A stretch of 64,000 nt of DNA from Thermoplasmatota archaeon (lineage in GTDB: Archaea; Thermoplasmatota; E2; JACPAO01; JAHFTW01): positions 243 to 64,242 of the forward strand of contig JBBSVQ010000011.1 in assembly GCA_038046725.1 (NCBI GenBank). Direction: 5' to 3'. This document shows positions 33,918-42,708 of the stretch, piece by piece. How positions within the stretch are numbered: the stretch's first letter is position 1; the number at the start of each line of letters is the position of its first letter. Position numbers and translations under genes: made by a program. Below the pieces are notes generated by a model. It ran no database searches. It was not told the origin of the DNA and saw only the letters and a program-made list of their open reading frames with translations.

Positions 33918-34053
33918 GGGCGGTCACCTGGACTAAGGCGTCCGACAGGGGGGTGGTATATGAGCGCTGTGCCGCGGCGCCAGGAGGTGCCGGCAAGACC
34001 CGTCCAAGCGTGCCCGTACCGCGCCCGCTTTCCCCTGCGGGGGCCAAGGTTCG

Positions 34054-34293
34054 GTGATGCCCGCGCCAAACGAGCCGGACCCGATGCGCCGTCCAGGCGA
34101 CCTGAAACGGGACCGGGTGCCCGAAAGGCCACACGACCCGCGCCGGGTCAAGGCCCCCCCGCGCGACGACCGCAAGCCCGCCGGCGACGAATCGACGTCC
34201 GTGGACCGCGATGACATTCCGGACATCGACCCCAAGGCGAGGGCGCCCGTGCCGGGATTGCCCAAGCTGCGGAAGCCGGACCCGGTCGACTAA
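34054..34293 (+). CDS. Hypothetical Pro/Asp/Arg-rich, probably disordered small protein
   Basis: ORF track. The third-codon positions are almost all G/C, as in real genes here. There is no recognisable domain and the overlapping minus-strand ORFs are equally long. Confidence 0.3.
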   Translation: MMPAPNEPDPMRRPGDLKRDRVPERPHDPRRVKAPPRDDRKPAGDESTSVDRDDIPDIDPKARAPVPGLPKLRKPDPVD

Positions 34294-34309
34294 ACGGGCT
34301 GCGACCTCA

Positions 34310-34442
34310 AGCCGTTGAATGCGAAGGGCGGCGCGGGGCCCGCCTCGGCGCGCTTCGCGCGCCGCTTCGAATGATGTTCCCTGGGCAAGCCGGAGTCGCC
34401 GTCGGAAGGAGGTTGACTGGTGTGGCGCACCGAACGCGCGCG
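34310..34442 (+). mobile_element. MITE-like repeat, family A (copy d, 5'-truncated)
   Basis: GGCGGCGCGGGGCCCGCCTCGGCGCGCTTCGCGCGCCGCTTCG is the reverse complement of 22641-22680. It ends with GGAGTCGCCGTCGGAAGGAGGTTGAC...GGCGCACCGAACGCGCGCG. Confidence 0.7.
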
Positions 34443-34519
34443 AGCGTGCCGTCGAACTGGATTCGGTTTTGGCAAGAGTCCCGTTTGAACGATTCTCAGA
34501 CACGGTCCCCGGTGAGACT

Positions 34520-36076
34520 TCACAGCGGGATGTTTCCGTGCTTGCGGCGCGGCGTGTCAGGTCGCTTCGTCACAAGCGTCTCGAGCGCCTTGATGAGCGT
34601 GGGGCGCGTCTCCTGCGGCTCGATGACGTCGTCAATGTAGCCCTTCTTCGCGGCGATGTAGGGGTTGGCGAATTTCTTGCGGTACTCCGCGACGAGTTCG
34701 GCGCGCTTCTTCGCGAGCTCCGTCCCCTTGAGGCCCTCGAGTTCCTTGCGGAAGACGATGTTGACGGCGCCCTCGGGCCCCATGACGGCAATCTCGGCCG
34801 TGGGCCAGGCGACGTTGAAGTCCGCGCGCACGTGCTTCGAGCACATGACGTCGTACGCGCCGCCGTAGGCCTTGCGCGTGATGACCGTGAGCTTGGGCAC
34901 GGTGGCCTCCGCGTACGCGTACAGGAGTTTGGCGCCGTGGCGGATGATGCCGCCCTTCTCCTGGCCGACGCCTGGGAGGAAGCCCGGCACGTCCACGAAG
35001 GTCACGAGCGGGATGTTGAAGGCGTCGCAGAAGCGCACGAAGCGCGCGGCCTTCACGGACGCATCGATGTCGAGGACGCCGGCGAGGTGGTTCGGCTGGT
35101 TGGCGACGATTCCGACGGCGCGTCCATTGAGCCTTGCGAATCCAATGATGATGTTCTTGGCGAACTCCGGCTGGATTTCCAGGAACCGTCCGTTGTCCGC
35201 GATTGCACGGACAACGGACACCATGTCGTACGGCTTGTCGGCGTTGTCAGGGACGAGGGTGAGCAGGCGCTCGTCCATCCGGCTCGGGGAGTCCGTCGGC
35301 GTCTCGAGGGGGGCGTCCGCCTGGTTGTTCGACGGCATGTAGGCGAGGAGGTCGCGGATGCCCCTGATGCAGGCCTCCTCGTCCGGGTACGCCATGTGCG
35401 CGACGCCGGACGTGGATGCGTGCGTGTGCGCGCCGCCGAGGTCCTCGAAGGTCACGGTCTCGCCGGTGACGGTCTTGATGACCTCGGGGCCGGTGATGAA
35501 CATGTGGCTCGTGCCCTCGACCATGAGGGTGAAGTCCGTGATGGCCGGGGAATACACTGCGCCGCCCGCGCAGGGGCCGAGGATGGCTGAGATCTGCGGG
35601 ACGACCCCGGAGGCGCGCGTGTTGCGCCAGAAGATTTCCGCGTAGCCACCCAACGCGACGACGCCTTCCTGGATGCGGGCGCCGCCGGAGTCGTTCAGGC
35701 CGACGACGGGGGCGCCGTTTTGCACGGCGAGGTCCATGACCTTGCAGATTTTCTCGGCGTACACGCCGCCGAGCGAGCCGCCGAGGATGGTGAAGTCCTG
35801 CGAAAAGACGTACACGACGCGGCCATCCACGGTGCCCCAGCCCGTGACGACGCCGTCGCCGGGGAACTTCTGCTTGTCGAGGCCGAAGTCATGCACGTCG
35901 TGCTCGCGCAACGCGTCGAGTTCGACGAACGAGCCGGGGTCGAGTAGGAGGTCGATGCGCTCGCGGGCAGTGTATTTCCCCGCCTGGTGCTGCTTCTCGA
36001 TGCGGGCGGGGCCGCCGCCACCCAAGCTGGCCGACTTGCGCTTGCGCAGGTCCGCAACGCGCTCTTCGACGCTCAC
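34520..36076 (-). CDS. pccB: Acyl-CoA carboxylase carboxyltransferase subunit (propionyl-CoA carboxylase beta / methylmalonyl-CoA carboxyltransferase)
   Basis: ORF track. Contains [31 protein letters not shown], ...[14 protein letters not shown] and ...AYGGAYDVM. Confidence 0.9.
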   Translation of the reverse strand: MSVEERVADLRKRKSASLGGGGPARIEKQHQAGKYTARERIDLLLDPGSFVELDALREHDVHDFGLDKQKFPGDGVVTGWGTVDGRVVYVFSQDFTILGGSLGGVYAEKICKVMDLAVQNGAPVVGLNDSGGARIQEGVVALGGYAEIFWRNTRASGVVPQISAILGPCAGGAVYSPAITDFTLMVEGTSHMFITGPEVIKTVTGETVTFEDLGGAHTHASTSGVAHMAYPDEEACIRGIRDLLAYMPSNNQADAPLETPTDSPSRMDERLLTLVPDNADKPYDMVSVVRAIADNGRFLEIQPEFAKNIIIGFARLNGRAVGIVANQPNHLAGVLDIDASVKAARFVRFCDAFNIPLVTFVDVPGFLPGVGQEKGGIIRHGAKLLYAYAEATVPKLTVITRKAYGGAYDVMCSKHVRADFNVAWPTAEIAVMGPEGAVNIVFRKELEGLKGTELAKKRAELVAEYRKKFANPYIAAKKGYIDDVIEPQETRPTLIKALETLVTKRPDTPRRKHGNIPL

Positions 36077-36189
36077 GCAACGCCAGCCGGGGCCGGCTAC
36101 TTCAGAGGCTCGGTCCCAAAGCCCACGACGGGGCCCCGAGACCTGCCCGTTTCACAGCCATCATTGCCTGTGCTGGACCACTCATCCCC

Positions 36190-36339
36190 ATGACCATGCA
36201 TCAATCCCTGCAAGAAGCCCCGCAGCCGACCGAGACGCTCCTGACCGACGAGGCCGGCATCGGCACGCTTGGGATTGTCCTGATTGTGGTGTTGCTGCTC
36301 ATCCTGTTCGGCGTCATCGGGTTCAGCTTCAACTCCTGA
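36190..36339 (+). CDS. Candidate 49-aa single-pass membrane protein
   Basis: My translation gives MTMHQSLQEAPQPTETLLTDEAGIGTLGIVLIVVLLLILFGVIGFSFNS. It is below the ORF-track cutoff. The antisense 89-aa ORF is not protein-like. Confidence 0.35.
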   Translation: MTMHQSLQEAPQPTETLLTDEAGIGTLGIVLIVVLLLILFGVIGFSFNS

Positions 36340-36362
36340 GCCGGCTCCCCGCATCGGCGCGG

Positions 36363-36842
36363 TCACAGCTTGCGCAGGCGTTTGACGAAGCTGGCTTCAT
36401 GCGGCCATGCCAGGCGTGGAACGCCGTCGAGTGGCCACCAGCGCAATTCCATGGAGTCGTCGGCGGCCTTTGGTTCGCCCGTGATGCGGCCCGTGGCCAG
36501 GAAGTTGAGCGTCGGTCGCCCCGCGTAGTCGCCGGGCAGCACGCTCTCGAAGCGCACATGGGAGAGTTTGCATCCGGTCTCCTCCAGGACTTCGCGACGG
36601 GCACCCTCCTCTGGGGTCTCGCCGGCCTCCAGGAAGCCCCCGACGAGGTCCCATTGGCCCCTCTTTGGCGCCCGCGCGCGCCGGCTGAGAAGCACTTGGC
36701 CGCTGCGCACGAGCGCAATGCCGATGGCTGGGGCCGGATTGACCCAGTCCATGGCGCCGCAATGCGGGCAGCGTCGGTGCGGCGTGCCCCGCACCTTGCG
36801 GTTCGCCTTGCCGCACAGCGGGCAGAAGCGGCGCCGCGTCAT
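36363..36842 (-). CDS. NUDIX hydrolase with N-terminal zinc ribbon
   Basis: ORF track. The ribbon is CPLCG...CPHCG. The Nudix box is GGFLEAGETPEEGARREVLEETG. Confidence 0.8.
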   Translation of the reverse strand: MTRRRFCPLCGKANRKVRGTPHRRCPHCGAMDWVNPAPAIGIALVRSGQVLLSRRARAPKRGQWDLVGGFLEAGETPEEGARREVLEETGCKLSHVRFESVLPGDYAGRPTLNFLATGRITGEPKAADDSMELRWWPLDGVPRLAWPHEASFVKRLRKL

Positions 36843-36977
36843 GCAGCACCGGGATGGGGATAGCGCTCTCCAAAGTCCAATGTCATCACAGCCGTGGCTC
36901 AGATGATGTGCCAGATCATTGCGCTGGACGGCGCAGGCGAGGGGCGCTAGAAAAGGGAGGCCCGTCGCTTGGCTGGA

Positions 36978-37235
36978 TTAGGCGGTCTGGGGGACCCAGT
37001 TGGCGGCGTCGCCTTCGACCCAGAAGTAGGTCTGGCGGGTGTCGCGCAGGCTGGGCGCTTCCTTGAGGAGCCCCATTTCCCGCAGACGGCGCAGGGCCGT
37101 GTAGACGGTGCGCCGCGGCAGCCCCGTGGCTTCGCGGATCTCCTTGCCAGTCATGGGCTTGTGGCCCGAGAGCTGGGAGACAATCGTCTGGACGGACTCC
37201 GGCACCGGCGAGGCGGGCACGGCGTTCATTGGCAT
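36978..37235 (-). CDS. Small winged-helix DNA-binding protein (MarR/TrmB-like)
   Basis: ORF track. MTGKEIREATGLPRRTVYTALRRLREMGLL is an HTH-plus-wing pattern. Confidence 0.65.
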   Translation of the reverse strand: MPMNAVPASPVPESVQTIVSQLSGHKPMTGKEIREATGLPRRTVYTALRRLREMGLLKEAPSLRDTRQTYFWVEGDAANWVPQTA

Positions 37236-37561
37236 GGTGACAGGACATGTGCCAGCCGTTCTATTTCAGGTCTCTGCCATTGCTCTTGAAAGGACCCGGC
37301 TCGCCAATCAAACGAGTACGTATCATTGGCTGACTTACGTACTTCCAGTCAAGTTAGGTATTTATGTCAGCGAATCCAAGGCAGTGTCGGAGTGTGGCAT
37401 ACAAGGGGCCACACTGGGACACCGTCCCGGCCCGGCGGGCCCGCCTTGTCGGACGCATCGCAACCACCACCACCGCTCCTCGCATGGAGCACCCCGCCGG
37501 GCATACCACCTCCCTCCAAACCTCCTCCGCCCGCCTCCCCCCACCCCAGCCCACCGAGACC

Positions 37562-37729
37562 ATGTTCACGATCTTCCTCACCGCACTTGCCTTCGCTGCC
37601 TGCGCCGTCATGGGCGTCTTGCTCCTGCGGCCAAAACAGGACGCCAAGGAGTTGCGCATCCCCTTCGGAGCCGTCAGCGTGGCGGCCGTCGCCCTCGGCC
37701 TCGTGGCCCTCGGCCTTTGGATGGTCTAG
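37562..37729 (+). CDS. Candidate 55-aa two-helix membrane protein
   Basis: Starts at an inner ATG of ORF 37364..37729: MFTIFLTALAFAACAVMGVLLLRPKQDAKELRIPFGAVSVAAVALGLVALGLWMV. The upstream part of the ORF is not protein-like. Confidence 0.35.
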   Translation: MFTIFLTALAFAACAVMGVLLLRPKQDAKELRIPFGAVSVAAVALGLVALGLWMV

Positions 37730-37846
37730 CGTTGCCCACCCTGCTGGCAGCCGAGGCCGTCGAACGCCTGTGGAACCTCCTCGTCGACGTCGACTTCGCC
37801 TTCGGCGCCGACGACCAGCTCGACTGACGACCCCGCGAACGCCCAT

Positions 37847-38164
37847 TTGGGTGCCCGCCATTCGCTGACGGCACGGTCAAATGGCCCCGCAGCAGTCTTG
37901 CCAACCATGGTCCTGCGGCTGTTCCGCCTCAAGCGCGCCCCGCAGCCGGCGCCCGTGCACGGGTCGCTGGCCCCCCCCGCCGATTCCGAGCCCGCGCGTC
38001 CCGCGCCGCCGGCGCCCTTGAACCGGGCCATCCACCAAGCCAAAGCGACGGGGGGAAAGCAAGCCAAGGCAAAGGCCGCAAAGCCGCGCAAGCCAGCCAA
38101 GCCGGCGAAGCCTGCCAAGCCCGCAAAGAAGGCCGCGAAGAAGCCGGGCAAGAAGAAGCGCTAG
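37847..38164 (+). CDS. Small basic protein ending in KPA repeats (AKPRKPAKPAKPAKPAKKAAKKPGKKKR)
   Basis: ORF track. There is a 9-bp periodic AAGCCNGCN repeat at about 38090-38130. An alternative start is ATG 37907 (MVLRLFRLK). It lies 37 nt upstream of uvrB on the same strand. Confidence 0.4.
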   Translation: MGARHSLTARSNGPAAVLPTMVLRLFRLKRAPQPAPVHGSLAPPADSEPARPAPPAPLNRAIHQAKATGGKQAKAKAAKPRKPAKPAKPAKPAKKAAKKPGKKKR

Positions 38165-38201
38165 GCCGCGTTTTCCTTCCCCCACCCATCCGCTTTTCCC
38201 C

Positions 38202-40535
38202 TTGCGCGGATGTGAAGCGAACGTGAGCGGCCAATCGGCGCGTCCGGGTCCGGCAAGCCGGGCTTCCTCGACGTTCCACCTGGAGGCCCCCTACTCCCCC
38301 GCGGGCGACCAGGGCCTCGCCATCGACAACGTGGTCGCGGCCATCCGTGACGGCAAGAAGCACATCACGCTGCAGGGCGTCACCGGCGTGGGCAAGACGT
38401 ACATCATGGCCAAGGCCATCGAGCAACTCGGCCGGCCAACGCTCATCATTTCGCACAACAAGACGCTCGCCGCGCAACTGTACGAGGAGATGCGGGCCTT
38501 CTTCCCCAAGAACGCCGTGGAGTACTTCGTCTCCTACTACGACTACTACCAGCCCGAGGCGTACGTCCCGCAGTCGGACACGTACATCGCCAAGGAATCC
38601 GACGTCAACAAGGAAATCGAGAAACTCCGGCATGCCACGACGCAGGCCTTGCTCACGCGCGACGACGTCGTCGTGGTGGCCTCCGTGTCGTGCATCTACG
38701 GCCTGGGCTCGCCCGACGACTACGCCCGCTACCGAGTCATCCTCGAGAAAGGCCAGACCCTCGACCGCAAGGCGCTCGTCGGCCGCCTCGTCGACATCTA
38801 CTACGAACGCAACGACGGCGACCTCAAGCCCGGCACGTTCCGCGTGCGCGGCGACACCGTCGACATCCTCACACCCGGCGACGAGAACCCCATCCGCGTC
38901 ACGTTGTGGGGCGACGACATCGAGAGCATCAAGCGCGTCCACTCCACGACGGGCGAGACCCTCAAGGAGCACACCGCCCACACCGTGTTCCCCGCCAAGC
39001 AGTTCGTGCTGCCACCCGACCAATTGGAAGGCGCCCTCAAACGCATCCGCACACAACTCGAGGACCGCCTTGCCGAGTTGCGCACGCAAGGCAAGGTGCT
39101 GGAGGCAGCCCGCCTGGAGCAGCGCACGCGCTTCGACTTGGAAATGATCCGGGAAATCGGCTACTGCGCAGGCATCGAGAACTACTCGCAGCCGCTCTCC
39201 GGCCGCGCACGCGGCGACCCCGGCTCCTGCCTCATCGACTACTTCCCCGAGGACTACCTCCTCATCGTGGACGAGTCGCACGTCAGCCTGCCGCAGATCC
39301 GCGGCATGTACAACGGCGACCGCATGCGCAAGGAGACCCTCGTCGACTTCGGCTTCCGGCTGCCAAGCTGCGTCGACAACCGCCCCCTCAAATTCCACGA
39401 GTTCGAGAAGAAGTTCCAGCAAGTCGTGTACGTCTCGGCTACCCCTGGACCGTACGAGGCCGAGCATGAGCAGGTGCGCGTCAAGGCCGTCGTTCGTCCC
39501 ACCGGCCTCCTCGACCCCGAAGTCGTCGTCAAATCCATCAACGGCCAAGTGGACGACCTGTACGGCGAGATCCTGAAAGTCACCAAGCGCGGCGAACGCG
39601 TCCTCGTCACCACCCTCACCAAGCGCATGGCGGAGGAGTTGACGAAGTACTACCACGGCCTGGGACTCAAGGTCACCTACCTGCACTCCGACATCGACAC
39701 CTTGGAGCGCATCATCATCCTGGAGAAACTGCGCAAAGGCGAGTACGACGTCCTCGTCGGCATCAACCTGCTGCGCGAAGGCCTCGACCTGCCCGAAGTC
39801 AGCCTGGTGGCCATCTTCGACGCCGACAAGATCGGCTTCCTGCGCAGCAGCACCAGCCTCATCCAGACCATCGGCCGCGCGGCGCGCAACCAGAACGGCC
39901 GCGTCATCATGTACGCCGACCGCATGTCGGACGCCATGACGCTCGCCATCACGGAAACCAACGCCCGGCGCGAGCGCCAAGCCGCCTACAACCGCGAGCA
40001 CGGCATCACGCCCGCCTCCATCGTGCGCTCCATCAAACCCATGGAGATCGACGGTCGCCGCCTCGGCGAGAAACCCGTCATCGTGTCGCGCGAAGCCGTG
40101 GAGAAGCTCGACAAGTCCGCCTTCGACCGGCTCATCAAGGACCTGGAAAAGGCCATGCAGGAAGCGGCGCGCGCCTGGGATTTCGAGAAGGCCGCATTGC
40201 TGCGCGACGAGATCATGGAGCTCAAGACGCAGGCGATGCCGAAGGACGAACCGGCGCCGCGCGTGGCCGAGGCGCAGCACCGCGTCGAGGAGAAGGTCGG
40301 GCCGCGCAAAGGCAAGGCGCGCCAAGTGGCCCGCAAGCTCATGGAAGCCAGCGGGGCGTTCCAGACCCCCGCCGGTGGCGGCGAAGCCGACGCCGGCGAA
40401 GATGCCGCAGGTGAGGGGCAGACCGGAACGGGAAAGCCGCTCGCCGTGCGGATGGCAGAGGCCGAGGCGGCGAAGAAGGCCGCCGCGACGCGCCCGAAGA
40501 AGGGCAAGAAGGGCAAGTACGACCCGCTGCTTTGA
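38202..40535 (+). CDS. uvrB: Excinuclease ABC subunit B (UvrB) with a roughly 95-aa basic C-terminal extension
   Basis: ORF track. Contains GVTGVGKTY, YVSYYDYYQPEAY, DESHV, ...LREGLDLPEV and the UVR domain FEKAALLRDEIMELK. TTG start, with an alternative GTG at 38223. Confidence 0.9.
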   Translation: MRGCEANVSGQSARPGPASRASSTFHLEAPYSPAGDQGLAIDNVVAAIRDGKKHITLQGVTGVGKTYIMAKAIEQLGRPTLIISHNKTLAAQLYEEMRAFFPKNAVEYFVSYYDYYQPEAYVPQSDTYIAKESDVNKEIEKLRHATTQALLTRDDVVVVASVSCIYGLGSPDDYARYRVILEKGQTLDRKALVGRLVDIYYERNDGDLKPGTFRVRGDTVDILTPGDENPIRVTLWGDDIESIKRVHSTTGETLKEHTAHTVFPAKQFVLPPDQLEGALKRIRTQLEDRLAELRTQGKVLEAARLEQRTRFDLEMIREIGYCAGIENYSQPLSGRARGDPGSCLIDYFPEDYLLIVDESHVSLPQIRGMYNGDRMRKETLVDFGFRLPSCVDNRPLKFHEFEKKFQQVVYVSATPGPYEAEHEQVRVKAVVRPTGLLDPEVVVKSINGQVDDLYGEILKVTKRGERVLVTTLTKRMAEELTKYYHGLGLKVTYLHSDIDTLERIIILEKLRKGEYDVLVGINLLREGLDLPEVSLVAIFDADKIGFLRSSTSLIQTIGRAARNQNGRVIMYADRMSDAMTLAITETNARRERQAAYNREHGITPASIVRSIKPMEIDGRRLGEKPVIVSREAVEKLDKSAFDRLIKDLEKAMQEAARAWDFEKAALLRDEIMELKTQAMPKDEPAPRVAEAQHRVEEKVGPRKGKARQVARKLMEASGAFQTPAGGGEADAGEDAAGEGQTGTGKPLAVRMAEAEAAKKAAATRPKKGKKGKYDPLL

Positions 40536-40543
40536 GGGACGAG

Positions 40544-40684
40544 CCACCGATTGTCACCGATATCACCGAGCGTCTTGTTCCCGCCGGCGCCAGGATGGGT
40601 CGGCACAGAGACCACGGAGACCACCGAGTCTCCGTGAAACTCCGTGGTCTCTGTGCCAAGTGGGTCTCGGGTGAAAATCGGTGG
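40544..40684. repeat. Nested palindrome: outer CACCGA words, inner perfect 18-bp stem
   Basis: The outer arms are CCACCGATTGTCACCGATATCACCGAG (40544-40570) and CTCGGGTGAAAATCGGTGG (40666-40684). The inner stem is GGCACAGAGACCACGGAG...CTCCGTGGTCTCTGTGCC (40602-40657). Confidence 0.85.
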
Positions 40685-40733
40685 CCTCGCGGCGCCGGCG
40701 TAGCTTCAAGAGCCGCGCCCCGCATCGAGCGCC

Positions 40734-41282
40734 GTGGTCCTGACCCCGTCGGCGATGGTCGCCCTCGGAACGCCCGCCCCCGACTTCGCGTTGCCCGACA
40801 CGGAAGGCCGCGTCGTCGCACGCACGGACTACACGGGCAAGCCGCTCCTCGTCATCTTCCTGTGCAACCATTGCCCCTACGTCAAGCATGTCGCCAACGA
40901 CCTCGCCGTGCTCAGCCGCAAGTACATGGACAAGGGCGTCGCCATCGTCGGCATCAGCTCGAACGACGTCACCAACTACCCGGACGACTCACCGGCGAAG
41001 ATGAAGCTCGAACGCAAGCACCGCGGCTACCAGTTCCCGTACCTCTTCGACGAAAGCCAGGCCGTCGCCCGCGCCTACCACGCGGAATGCACGCCGGACT
41101 TCTTCCTCTTCGACAAGGCGCACCGGCTCGTGTACCGGGGACAGATGGACGACTCGCGCCCCGGCAACGGCAAGCCCGTCACGGGCCTCGACCTCACCGC
41201 CGCCGTGGAAGCCGTCCTCGCGGGCAAGCCCGCCGCAGTGCAGCAGAAGCCGAGCATGGGCTGCAACATCAAGTGGAAGTGA
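40734..41282 (+). CDS. Thioredoxin-fold protein (redoxin/AhpC-TSA family)
   Basis: ORF track. APDFALPDTEGRVV...GKPLLVIFLCNHCPYV (CxxC), ...ECTPDFFLFD. Confidence 0.8.
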   Translation: MVLTPSAMVALGTPAPDFALPDTEGRVVARTDYTGKPLLVIFLCNHCPYVKHVANDLAVLSRKYMDKGVAIVGISSNDVTNYPDDSPAKMKLERKHRGYQFPYLFDESQAVARAYHAECTPDFFLFDKAHRLVYRGQMDDSRPGNGKPVTGLDLTAAVEAVLAGKPAAVQQKPSMGCNIKWK

Positions 41283-41433
41283 AGTTCTGGGCCAGGACGT
41301 CAAGCAGTCGAACAAGGGCCTCCAATCCTGGGCCATCCGCCACCCGCGCGCGTTCCGCCACGTCCTGAACTTCTATCCCCCGTTCCGAGGCACCGGTGCC
41401 TGGGTCACCTTCATCGCCGATGACTGGAGCGAG

Positions 41434-41793
41434 ATGCGCATCCGCATTCCCCTGTCGTGGCGTACGCGCAACTACGTGGGCACCATCTTCGGCGGCTCGC
41501 TGTACGCCGGCCTCGACCCGCACTTCATGTTCATGCTGATGCACCGGCTCGGCCCTGACTACACGGTCTGGGACAAGGCGGCGTCCATCCGGTTCCGCCG
41601 ACCGGGGCGCGGGCAACTCACCGCCGTCTGCCGCATGCCCGACGATGAGGTTGCCGAGGTCAAGCGTCTGCTGCAATCCAGCGAGAAAGTCGACCGCACG
41701 TACGCCGTCGACCTCGTGGCCAAGGACGGCACCGTGTGCGCGAGCGTCGAAAAAGTCGTGAACGTGCGCCGCGCCGCTCCTGCGCCGGCTTAG
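41434..41793 (+). CDS. DUF4442 / YiiD_C-like hotdog-fold protein; the ORF as called is N-terminally incomplete
   Basis: NYVGTIFGGSLYAGLDPHFMFMLMHRLGPDYTVWDKAASIRFRRPGRG. The family-typical ...NFYPPFRGTGAWVTFIADDWSE lies in frame upstream (41281-41433) but has no ATG, GTG or TTG. Confidence 0.7.
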   Translation: MRIRIPLSWRTRNYVGTIFGGSLYAGLDPHFMFMLMHRLGPDYTVWDKAASIRFRRPGRGQLTAVCRMPDDEVAEVKRLLQSSEKVDRTYAVDLVAKDGTVCASVEKVVNVRRAAPAPA

Positions 41794-41843
41794 ACACACG
41801 AGTCGACGCAAACGCCTTTCAACCAAGGCAGCGAGCCGGGTGC

Positions 41844-42080
41844 GTGCGGTTGCTGGTTCCCCTGCTCGTCATGGCCGGCCTCCTTTCCCTCGCGGCGGGC
41901 CTGCTCCAGATGGCGCTGCGCGAAGGGTCCGAGTGCGCCGAGCAGTTCCAGTGCGACAACTTCGCGACCCTGGAGAACGCCCTCGCCGGCGCCACGTTCT
42001 TCTCCATCTCCCTCATGCTGTGGGGCATCGCGGGCGCCCTCGTGTGGATGCGCAGGAAGTTCGACGACATCGGCACCTAG
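41844..42080 (+). CDS. Candidate small two-helix membrane protein
   Basis: Starts at the inner GTG of ORF 41736..42080: VRLLVPLLVMAGLLSLAAGLL...FFSISLMLWGIAGALVWM. Confidence 0.4.
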   Translation: MRLLVPLLVMAGLLSLAAGLLQMALREGSECAEQFQCDNFATLENALAGATFFSISLMLWGIAGALVWMRRKFDDIGT

Positions 42081-42107
42081 CGGCCCGTCCGTCGTTGTCG
42101 GTTCGGC

Positions 42108-42656
42108 TTAGCGCGACCAGGTGGCCTTGGCTTCGCGCGGCGCGCGCTTGGCCTTGCGGGCGCGCGGCTTCGCCTTGGCGGCGGGGGCCCGCGTGGCCTT
42201 GGTGACCTTCGTGGACTTGCGCGCCGTCTTGCGCGGCTTGGCGCGGGACGACTTCGCGGGCAGCGCGGAACGTTCCTGGCCTTCCGGCCGGTCCTGGATT
42301 GCGCCCATCACGTTGCCTTCCGTGTCGCGGAACCGGGAATACCAGACGGGCCCCATCGCCGTCGGTTCGACGAGGACGGTTCCCCCGGCCTGGCGCACGC
42401 GCTCCAGGTGATTCTTGAGTTCACCGACCTTGATGAGCAACGTCGGGCCGGTCAGCTCCTTCGTGCGTGGCGTCAGGCCACCGTTGATGGCTCCAGCCCG
42501 CTTCGGCATGCCCGTCTTCTCGATGGGCACGGTTGTGACGAAGGAATAGGATGCGCCCGGCACATCGAACATCTGCCAACCGAAGGCTTGGAAGTAGAAC
42601 TTCTTGGCGCGGTCGCGCACCTTGTAGGGAATCTCGAAATGCTGTACGGCGTCCAT
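42108..42656 (-). CDS. VOC (glyoxalase/bleomycin-resistance) family protein with a roughly 60-aa Lys/Ala/Arg-rich tail
   Basis: ORF 42108..42674, likely starting at MDAVQHFEIP. The tail reads AKSSRAKPRKTARKSTKVTKATRAPAAKAKPRARKAKRAPREAK. Confidence 0.65.
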   Translation of the reverse strand: MDAVQHFEIPYKVRDRAKKFYFQAFGWQMFDVPGASYSFVTTVPIEKTGMPKRAGAINGGLTPRTKELTGPTLLIKVGELKNHLERVRQAGGTVLVEPTAMGPVWYSRFRDTEGNVMGAIQDRPEGQERSALPAKSSRAKPRKTARKSTKVTKATRAPAAKAKPRARKAKRAPREAKATWSR

Positions 42657-42708
42657 GGTCGGCCCCCGGGGCAAAGGCCATCCGGCCCCGTGCTCAAAAG
42701 CGTGCGCC

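Noticed and set aside
37726-38151. 141-aa minus-strand ORF opposite the KPA-repeat ORF
   Set aside because: It is the complement reading of the AAGCCNGCN repeat (FAGLAGFAGLAG...). It has no start context, and the plus-strand reading gives a more plausible basic protein, itself only low confidence.
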